Assembly (NCBI GenBank): GCA_903839535.1
Contig: CAIMCT010000101.1
Location: 69-64,068 of the forward strand
Length of the DNA: 64,000 nt
Direction: 5' to 3'
DNA from: an uncultured Desulfobacteraceae bacterium
GTDB lineage: Bacteria; Desulfobacterota; Desulfobacteria; Desulfobacterales; Desulfatirhabdiaceae
Position 1 is the first letter of the stretch, and each line of letters starts with the position of its first letter. Under the pieces are notes generated by a model, which searched no databases, was not told where the DNA came from, and saw nothing but the letters and a program-made list of their open reading frames with translations. A program made the position numbers and the translations under genes. Below, in pieces: positions 7,123-14,408 of this stretch.

Positions 7123-10100
7123 TTATAGTTTGGTTACATTGACCATAAAAGCTTTGGTTTCCGGAATTCGGGTATTGGGATCACCCGCGGATGGGGTAAG
7201 CAAATTTGCGCTTTCCTCCTTGCCGCTGGCCGGCCATCGCCACCCATAATTATACGGCATCCCCACCTGATGAACAACGGTTCCGGCAATCTTCATCGGC
7301 TTGAACCGCTTGGTTACAACCGCCGTACATTCCAGTGATCCGCGCGCCGAAGACACCTTGACCCGCTCGCCATTCTTGATGCCTTTAAGGGCGCCAAGCT
7401 CCTCGCTCATTTCCACAAACATCTGAGGCGCAAGTTCCATGAGCCAGGGCTGGGGACGGGTAAGAAGGCCGGTCTGCCAGTGTTCGGATACCCGGTAGGT
7501 CGTTCCCACATAAGGGAATCTGGGATCGCAGGTTGCGAAGGTATCGGCGCTGGTGCCGTAAACCGCTGCCGTGGGGCTGGTAAACTGGGAACTCATGAAG
7601 TTCTTTTCCACCGGGCATTCCATTGGCTCGTAATGTTCCGGAAAGGGTCCGTCAAGCAATCCAGGTCCAAAAATCTGACCGAAACCATGAACGGTCATGA
7701 TAAACGGATGCTTGGCTTTGGGATCAGGCTGACCATCGGCGCCGATCAGCGGCGGCGCAGGTCCGTCAGGAACATCTCCAATCCATTTACCGTCCTTCCA
7801 TTGGATGACCCAGCGTTTTTCGTCATAAGGCTGCCCTTTGGGATCAACCGAAGCCCGGTTGTAAATGATTCTGCGATTCACTGGCCATGCCCAGGCAAAC
7901 TCCGGATACAGGCCAATTTTGTTTGGCGCATCCTCCTGCTTTTTGCGGGCCGCCATGTTTCCTTTGTCCGTATAGCTGCCGGAGTAAATCCAGTTGCCGC
8001 AAGATGTGGACCCATCGTTTTGAAGAAATGCAAAACTGGGCACCTGAGATCCCATTTTGAATTCCTGGTCGCCGACTTTGACATCCTTGACAAAAAAACC
8101 GTTGATCTGTTTGGCCACCTTATGGGGATCAAATTTGTGGTCCGTCATGTAGTCCCACTTCAGATTCAGAATCGGATCCGGGAATACGCCGCTTTCCTTG
8201 TAAAGTTCTTTCAGCTTCAAACCGAGTTCCATGATGATGTCGCCATCCGGCAGACTGTTACCAAGAGGCTTGGGGCCTGCGTACCGCCACTGCATCCAGC
8301 GCCCGCTGTTGGAAATGCTGCCTTCCTTTTCAACCGAGACACAGGCGGGAAGCATGAAGACTTCCGTGGCCACATTCTCTGGAATCATCTCGGGGCCATG
8401 CCAGAAAGAACCGGTTTCATTGTCAAAGAGATTGACGTTTACCATCCATTCGAGATTGGCCAGAGCTTTGCGTACTTTTCCTGCATTGGAGCCGCTGCAA
8501 GCCGGATTCATACCCCAGGCAAAGAAACCTTTGATACTGCCTTTGAACATCTCATCAAAGATATCCAGCCAGGAATAAGGCTTGCCTTCATCCAGTTTGG
8601 GCATCCAGGGATATCCGAATTCGTTTTCAGCAGAAGCCTTGTCTCCGAAAAAAGATTTCAGAAGGCTGACGATATATTTGGGTTCGTTCTGCCACCAGTT
8701 CAGGCTGAGCGGATCCTTGCTCTGGGCTCTGCGCTTTAGCAGATCATCCAGTTTTGCCATTTTCCCACTCGGAGCGGGAATATAGCCGGGCCAGATATTA
8801 AACAGCAGAGCCTGGTCCGTTGATCCCTGCACATTGGATTCCCCCCTTAACGCATTTACGCCGCCGCCGGCAATGCCCATGTTCCCCAGAAGGAGCTGAA
8901 TAATGGACATGGTCCGAATATTCTGAACGCCCACTGTATGCTGTGTCCAGCCCATGGCATACATGATCGTACCAGCCTTGTTATTGGCACCGGTGGCTGC
9001 GTAGGTTTTATAAACTTCCAGCAGATCCGCTTCCGTGGTACCGGTAATTTTGGAAACCAGCTTGAGGTCATAGCGGTCATAATGTTTTTTCAAAAGATTG
9101 ATGACGCACTGACTGTCCTTCAGGGTCAAATCCCTTAAGAGTGCACCTTTTTCATCCAGTTGAAATGTCCAGGTCACCCTGTCATATTTCTTGATTTTGG
9201 AGTCCCAGCCGGAAAACAGACCGTCGTTGAATGAAAAATCCTTGTTTACCAGAAAAGCGGCATTAGTGTAATTCAGAACATATTCTTCGCCAATCAGCTT
9301 GTTATCCAGAATGTATTTGATCATCCCGCCCAGAAAAGCAATATCGGTTCCGGAGCGAAGCGGCGCATAGATATCCGCTTTTGAGGATGTTCTGGTGAAC
9401 CGGGGGTCAACGTTGATGACCTTGGCACCGTTTCTCTGGGCCTCAGTCACCCATTTGAAGGATATGGGATGGTTTTCAGCAGCATTGCTTCCCATAATCA
9501 GGATGCAGTCGCTATTTTTAAGGTCGATCCAGTGGTTAGTCATTGCACCGCGTCCGAACGACTCTGCCAGAGCCGCAACAGTTGCGCTATGTCAGATTCG
9601 GGCCTGATGCTCGATATAGACCAGCCCTAGGGAACGCAGCATGGCTTGATAAATCCAGCATTCTTCATTGTCCATGGCGGCGCTTCCGACAGAGGCTATG
9701 GCCGTTGTACGGTTGACGGTCTGCCCTGAGGCGTTGGCCTCTGTAAACGAGGCATCCCGCGTGGCTTTGACACGTCTTGCGATGCGGTCAATGGCCCATT
9801 CCCAGGTAACTTCCTGCCATTTTGTCGCATAAGGCGCACGATACATGGGGTTAAGAAGCCGGTTTTCGTTTTCAACCAACCCGGCCAGCGCAGCTCCTTT
9901 GGAACATAATGCTCCCCGGTTTATGACATGGTCCGGATCACCTTCGATGTTGATGACCCGTCCGTCCCCTTTTTTACTGGTATGTACAATGGCCCCGCAG
10001 CCCACCGCGCAGTAACAACATATCGTGGTGGTTTCTTTGGCATACTTGGTCTTCAACATCTGAGCATGGACTCTGACCGGTGATAGATCAAAACCATGAC

Positions 10101-10170
10101 CACCACTGACTGCAAGACCTGCAGCCGTAGCGCCGGTAATTTTAATAAAATCCCTTCGCGTTACATCCAT
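7123..10170 (-). CDS. fdhA: Periplasmic formate dehydrogenase catalytic (alpha) subunit, selenocysteine-containing, Tat-exported
   Basis: Track ORFs 9592..10170 and 7123..9543 are in the same frame, separated only by TGA at 9592-9594. The junction reads EHQARI-U-HSATVAALAESFGRGAMTNHW, the conserved Sec site of Mo/W formate dehydrogenases. Twin-arginine signal MDVTRRDFIK. N-terminal CCYCAVGC Fe-S motif. Confidence 0.9.
9561..9594 (-). other. UGA selenocysteine codon plus candidate SECIS stem-loop
   Basis: UGA at 9592-9594 (minus strand). 3' of it, ACUGUUGC / GCAGAGU can pair (7 bp, one bulged G) around a GGCUCUG loop. Folded by eye only. Confidence 0.6.
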
Positions 10171-10244
10171 AGAAATTTCACTCCTTTCTGGGCGTTTCGG
10201 TTACGGTAACTTACCATGAAAAATTTCCAGACTTCATCATCCAC

Positions 10245-10712
10245 TTACAATTCATCTTCGATATCAGCAGCATCTTCATCGGCAATCTTGATGGTGGAAT
10301 CAATCTTGATTTCATCGGAATCATCGCTGTCCCCATCGAAGTCTTCTTCGAGCAGATCATCGATAATTTCAGCTTCTGCCTCAATACCCATGAATACCTC
10401 AGTCAGTATCTCCTTGGATGACACTGCTGGCTCATCAATGGAAATATCCATGGGCTCGGATTTATTGGCTGTATAAAAATCAATCACCATATCGGCAATC
10501 TTTTCGGCATGCCCCCTGGGGGGGTACATGTTTTTGGTTCTGAGAACTGCGATGACCTTTTCTCTATCCGTGGCAACGGCATTGGAAATCACTGCATCAT
10601 CATAGTTTTCCTCGCATAGCAGCGTGAAGATATCCTTGTCCAGTTCACCTTTTTCTTGAATAATCAACCGGCTATTATCATGATTTTTTAGAATAGTGTA
10701 TTGCTGTTTCAT
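10245..10712 (-). CDS. Hypothetical protein with strongly acidic C-terminal tail
   Basis: ORF trimmed to MKQQYTILK at 10712. The last ~60 aa are dominated by D/E (EIIDDLLEEDFDGDSDDSDEIKID...ADEDAADIEDEL). Sits immediately upstream of fdhA. Confidence 0.6.
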   Translation of the reverse strand: MKQQYTILKNHDNSRLIIQEKGELDKDIFTLLCEENYDDAVISNAVATDREKVIAVLRTKNMYPPRGHAEKIADMVIDFYTANKSEPMDISIDEPAVSSKEILTEVFMGIEAEAEIIDDLLEEDFDGDSDDSDEIKIDSTIKIADEDAADIEDEL

Positions 10713-10911
10713 TCCCACCCATCTCCCCTGACACGGCATACCCGTGCTGTCATAACTTCAAAAAAGAAAAATACAAATGTTCGCACCATATACCTTTTGC
10801 TTATTATATTCAAGGCCAAACTCCGTCACAGACCTGGCAGGAAAAGAAGCAAAAAGAGGGAGCAGAGGGAACCTATTGATTTCAGAACAAATTCGTAGTG
10901 AATTAATTTGG

Positions 10912-10940
10912 TTGACATTAATCATGAACATGGCATAATA
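10912..10940 (+). promoter_or_regulatory. Sigma-70-like promoter candidate for the ComEA-like gene
   Basis: TTGACA at 10912-10917, a 16-17 nt spacer, then CATAAT/ATAATA at 10934-10940. Confidence 0.45.
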
Positions 10941-11033
10941 CAGAATGAATGTTTTTAAATTATCCGATGTTGTATGAATGGGTGCCATGCCGGCAACGCA
11001 ATGTTGGAAACACCAAAAACAAGGGGTGGAACC

Positions 11034-11531
11034 ATGAAAAGAATGCACATAAGTTTAACAATGGTGGTACTGGTGGCTGTTGGGTTCATGATGGTGGCGG
11101 TGGCAGGAGCTCAGGACAAGGGGATGAAGAAAACCAAAATTAACACCGCTGTCGTAAACCTGAACACCGCGACAGCGGAGGAGTTAGAACAGGTAAAGGG
11201 AGTTGGCCCCAAACTGGCTGAAAAAATTATAGAATACCGAAAGACCAATGGTCCTTTTAAACGAGCGGCAGACATCGTAAACGTTCAGGGTATCGGCACT
11301 AAATTTTGGGAAGCCAACAAAGATCGCTTCGTCATCGAAACTGCACCTGCACTCGCACCCGCATCTGCGCCAGCACTCGCACCCGCATCTGCGCCAGCAC
11401 TCGCACCCGCATCTGCGCCAGCACTCGCACCCGCATCTGCGCCAGCACTCGCACCCGCATCTGCGCCAGCACCTGCACCCGCATCTGCGCCAGCACCTGC
11501 ACCCGCACCCGCCACAAGCAAAACACCATAG
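11034..11531 (+). CDS. Secreted ComEA-like helix-hairpin-helix DNA-binding protein with Ala/Pro repeat tail
   Basis: Signal peptide MKRMHISLTMVVLVAVGFMMVAVAGA. HhH region NLNTATAEELEQVKGVGPKLAEKIIEYRKTNGPFKRAADIVNVQGIG, typical of ComEA. C-terminal (APALAPAS)n. Confidence 0.8.
   Translation: MKRMHISLTMVVLVAVGFMMVAVAGAQDKGMKKTKINTAVVNLNTATAEELEQVKGVGPKLAEKIIEYRKTNGPFKRAADIVNVQGIGTKFWEANKDRFVIETAPALAPASAPALAPASAPALAPASAPALAPASAPALAPASAPAPAPASAPAPAPAPATSKTP
11343..11510 (+). repeat. 24-bp in-frame tandem repeat (about 6-7 units) encoding APALAPAS
   Basis: GCACCCGCATCTGCGCCAGCACTC is reiterated almost perfectly inside the ComEA-like CDS. Confidence 0.9.
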
Positions 11532-11637
11532 CCCATTGCGGAACAATTTCATCGCACGAATGGAAGGCCCTGTGCCTGTCATTGGTGGCCCACATTCAGA
11601 GAGTATTCTTTAAATGGCCATCCTCATGGCTTTTCCG

Positions 11638-11669
11638 CTGGTTTCCAATCTGGCTGTTTTGGAAACCAG
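11638..11669 (+). terminator. Perfect 11-bp stem hairpin downstream of the ComEA-like gene
   Basis: CTGGTTTCCAA (11638-11648) pairs with TTGGAAACCAG (11659-11669). No U-tract, and it lies about 107 nt after the stop. Confidence 0.3.
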
Positions 11670-12131
11670 CGAGATTCCAACGTATGATTAGGATCGCAAT
11701 GCTTTCCCTTTTTCGATTCCCCGCTGTTGCATTCCCTGCCAGAGCATTCACCTGCAGCGGGAAATCTGAAAAGGTGGTGCTGTTACAGGCCAGTGCGCTT
11801 CCGGCTACCATTTATAGCTGCGTTTCGCTGAAAAATATCATAAGCTGTAAAACTTCGCATAAATTCCACTGCCTTTTTTATTGATACGACTGTTGCAGTT
11901 GTTCGGCAAATTCATGCTTGACAGATGGTTCTGTTTTGAATCATATATGAAAAAGAAAAAACAGGCCTATGGTTATGCATTTGGAGCATATGTGGAATCA
12001 AAATTATTATTCCATTTATCGTGTAAAAATGGCGCAAACCACACGCTAACCAACTTGTTTTATGCAAACTTTTTTCATGAGACAGCAATGCCTGCACATA
12101 ACAATATCACAATTCATTATGGAGAAATCGA

Positions 12132-12683
12132 ATGGTTAAAAAGCATTATTGCATGTTTTGCCTTTGTTATCTGATGATCGTTGCCGCTGCAGGCTGCGAT
12201 TCCACAAAAAATATTGACGCAAATTACTTGCAACTAAGCATTGCAGCTAGTCAAACATCTGTGTTTACCGGCGAGTACAGTTTGATTACCGCCACCCTGA
12301 TTGACACGAAAACAACTGGAACCTCAACCACAACAGGAACTACTGTAACTTCAGGAACTGGATCTAACCCTGTTTCCGGTTATCCAGTTATTTTTGAAAT
12401 CTCACGAAATATCTCTGGAAGCACGCTTACGATTATAGACAGCATAACGGATGTTTCTGGAACAGCAACTGCCATATATAAATCCGGTTCTACTGCTGGC
12501 ATGGATATCGTCCGGGTCAGTATTGAAAGTGGCGAATCCGCATCAACAACAATTTTTGTGAATCAGTCCCCAAACCCAACGCCGACCCCAACCCCGAAAC
12601 CAACACCAACACCAACACCAACGCCAACGCCAACACCAACGCCAACACCAACACCGAAACCAACGCCAACCCCGACACCTTAA
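12132..12683 (+). CDS. Lipoprotein with bacterial Ig-like (Big_1-type) domain and Pro/Thr repeat tail
   Basis: Lipobox VAAAGC. GGAGAAA RBS at 12121. Central ITATLIDTK...GYPVIFEIS...TDVSGTATAIYKSGSTAGMDIVRVS resembles invasin/intimin Ig-like repeats. C-terminal (PTPTPK)n. Confidence 0.7.
   Translation: MVKKHYCMFCLCYLMIVAAAGCDSTKNIDANYLQLSIAASQTSVFTGEYSLITATLIDTKTTGTSTTTGTTVTSGTGSNPVSGYPVIFEISRNISGSTLTIIDSITDVSGTATAIYKSGSTAGMDIVRVSIESGESASTTIFVNQSPNPTPTPTPKPTPTPTPTPTPTPTPTPTPKPTPTPTP
12569..12680 (+). repeat. Low-complexity CCAAC(A/G) repeat encoding PTPTPK tail
   Basis: Read directly inside the lipoprotein CDS. Confidence 0.85.
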
Positions 12684-12825
12684 TGACTGCTGAGGAAATA
12701 GAACTAAAGCTCTTCAATGCGATACTTTACTCGTTAGACGGATTTCGTTGTATCCAGTTAGAAACAACCATAAAGCCAAACCCAATTCATTATTCAGCCG
12801 TTTTTTATTACAGGTGCATATCATC

Positions 12826-13011
12826 ATGAGTTCTATGGATGAACATATTTTGAAAACAACAAAGGAAATTGTTGTCAAATTTATTGAGACCGGACGGATT
12901 TCTCCCAGCGGGTTTTCCGAATCTTTTAAGTCCATTTATCATACCGTTGACGAAACCGTAAAAGAGTCAAAGGACAAAACCCGAAAAGAAGAACTCCAAC
13001 ATGACGACTGA
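12826..13011 (+). CDS. Small hypothetical protein (61 aa)
   Basis: ORF 12748..13011 trimmed to MSSMDEHILK. Overlaps the next ORF by 11 nt (ATGACGACTGA). The segment LKTTKEIVVKFIETGRISPSGFSESFKSIYHTV loosely recalls the N-terminal domain of MucR/Ros regulators (weak, by eye). Confidence 0.45.
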   Translation: MSSMDEHILKTTKEIVVKFIETGRISPSGFSESFKSIYHTVDETVKESKDKTRKEELQHDD

Positions 13012-13336
13012 CGCTCCCGAAAACATCTCTGACACCCCTACAGACCTCGACTGGGAAAACCGAAGGCTTTGCAGTGACGACAGTTGTATCGGCGTTATTG
13101 GCGCTGATGGCGGATGCATGGTTTGCGGGCTGCCGGATACAAAAGCCCATGTGGGTTCAGACCGATCCAGCAGCATGAGTGGTGTTCATGAAGAAATTCA
13201 GCATCCCTCTGCAGAAGATCAAGTTCTTGAACCCCAGGACTCAGAGTGGGAAGATCGAAAACTCTGCCTTGATGAAAGCTGCGTCGGTGCCATTGGCTCG
13301 GATGGCCGGTGTAATGTCTGCGGCCTGGCAGGATAG
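13001..13336 (+). CDS. Duplicated zinc-ribbon protein (2 x W-E-x-R-x-L-C-x4-C-x9-C-x2-C-G)
   Basis: Internal repeat DLDWENRRLCSDDSCIGVIGADGGCMVCG / DSEWEDRKLCLDESCVGAIGSDGRCNVCG. Translationally coupled to the preceding small ORF. Confidence 0.6.
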   Translation: MTTDAPENISDTPTDLDWENRRLCSDDSCIGVIGADGGCMVCGLPDTKAHVGSDRSSSMSGVHEEIQHPSAEDQVLEPQDSEWEDRKLCLDESCVGAIGSDGRCNVCGLAG

Positions 13337-13352
13337 ATGTATCGGATTTTCA

Positions 13353-13577
13353 CTACTGGTTTCCATAGCCGTTTTGATCTCCGCAATCCGGACACTGCCA
13401 GGTAATACCATTACAGGACATTCCCCAGAAGTTTTTCTCCATGCAGTTCTGGCAGATGGAGAATCCGCACCGACATCTCCAGCAGAACGGCGGATGCTTG
13501 CCGCAGCAGGAGCAGGGACTTTCTTTTGCTATACGGCGCTTTTCTTTGTATGGGGATAGAATGGACTTTTCTTTCAT
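13353..13577 (-). CDS. Cysteine-rich mini-protein (74 aa, 13 Cys)
   Basis: CSCCGKHPPFCWRCRCGFSICQNCMEKNFWGMSCNGITWQCPDCG. Convergent with the zinc-ribbon gene. Preferred over the overlapping plus-strand ORF 13179..13559. Confidence 0.5.
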   Translation of the reverse strand: MKEKSILSPYKEKRRIAKESPCSCCGKHPPFCWRCRCGFSICQNCMEKNFWGMSCNGITWQCPDCGDQNGYGNQ

Positions 13578-13653
13578 ATCATCTGATAGCTTCGTTTGAT
13601 CGTTGTTACATGAAAAGTGTATTGCAATGGTGCTTTCAAAGGTTCAAAAGCGC

Positions 13654-13726
13654 GAAGAACATTTTTTCGTGTCTTTCGTGTGTTTCGTGGTTTAATAGTA
13701 GGGGCGACCGGCCGGTCGCCCCAACT
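13654..13726 (-). repeat. Repeat family A, copy A2 (inverted), carrying the GC palindrome GGGGCGACCGGCCGGTCGCCCC
   Basis: The reverse complement matches A1/A3. The 22-bp perfect palindrome lies at 13701-13722. The element ends 27 nt 5' of the HD-gene start. Confidence 0.85.
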
Positions 13727-13752
13727 CCGCGATAAATTAATATAGGAGTACG

Positions 13753-14334
13753 ATGATGTCAACCCATACCGAACCGGGTATTTCGCGTGAAGATGCTTTT
13801 CTGCTGCTGACAACGCACCTGAAAAATGAAAAACTGGTATTCCACTGCATGGCTGCTGAAGCCATCATGCGTGAGCTGGCTCCAAGATTTGACGAAAACC
13901 CGGAAATGTGGGCCATAGCAGGGCTGCTTCATGATATTGATTATGAAATCACTGATGGTGATCCTTCACGGCACGGCCGGGAAGGCGCAGAACTTCTTCT
14001 GAATCATGGCATATCTCCGGCCATTGCCGATGCCATTCAAAAACACAATGCCGAAGGACTTGGCCTTGAACGCACCACTGTTTTCGACCATGCGCTGGCT
14101 TGCGCTGAAACCATTACCGGCATGATTGCGGCGACAGCAATGGTGTATCCGGACAAAAAAATCGCCAGCGTCAAGCCGCAGTCGGTTACCAAGCGCATGA
14201 AAACCCCGCATTTCGCCCGGTCTGTCAGTCGCGATATCATCATGGAATGCGAAACCATTGGGATTCCTCTTTCGGACTTTGTAGTCATAAGCCTGAAGGC
14301 CATGTCTGGCATCGCGGAAAGCATCGGACTATAA
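13753..14334 (+). CDS. HD-domain metal-dependent phosphohydrolase
   Basis: AGGAG RBS at 13744. HD signature GLLHDIDYE plus downstream His/Asp residues. Confidence 0.8.
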   Translation: MMSTHTEPGISREDAFLLLTTHLKNEKLVFHCMAAEAIMRELAPRFDENPEMWAIAGLLHDIDYEITDGDPSRHGREGAELLLNHGISPAIADAIQKHNAEGLGLERTTVFDHALACAETITGMIAATAMVYPDKKIASVKPQSVTKRMKTPHFARSVSRDIIMECETIGIPLSDFVVISLKAMSGIAESIGL

Positions 14335-14408
14335 CGATTATTAAGATGCATCAGCTCACCCTGGCATCATTTTTGCAGCCATCAGACTTCCATGATTGGA
14401 AACCTTCC

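Noticed and set aside
7480-8739. 419-aa plus-strand ORF inside fdhA
   Set aside because: It is antisense to a gene with unmistakable formate dehydrogenase sequence and is a typical GC-rich shadow frame.
11184-11884. ORFs 11184..11582 (-), 11285..11536 (-), 11332..11595 (-) and 11306..11884 (+) with repetitive Cys/Arg or Ala/Gly translations
   Set aside because: All are alternative frames of the 24-bp tandem repeat in the ComEA-like gene, so their repetitiveness is a by-product of that repeat.
11343-12680. Possible CRISPR array suggested by regular short repeats
   Set aside because: The repeats are contiguous with no unique spacers, are in frame within coding sequences (APALAPAS and PTPTPK tails), and no cas genes are present.
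13179-13559. 126-aa plus-strand ORF
   Set aside because: It overlaps the duplicated zinc-ribbon gene in another frame and the cysteine-rich gene on the opposite strand, and it has no features of its own. The choice between it and 13353..13577 (-) remains only moderately certain.
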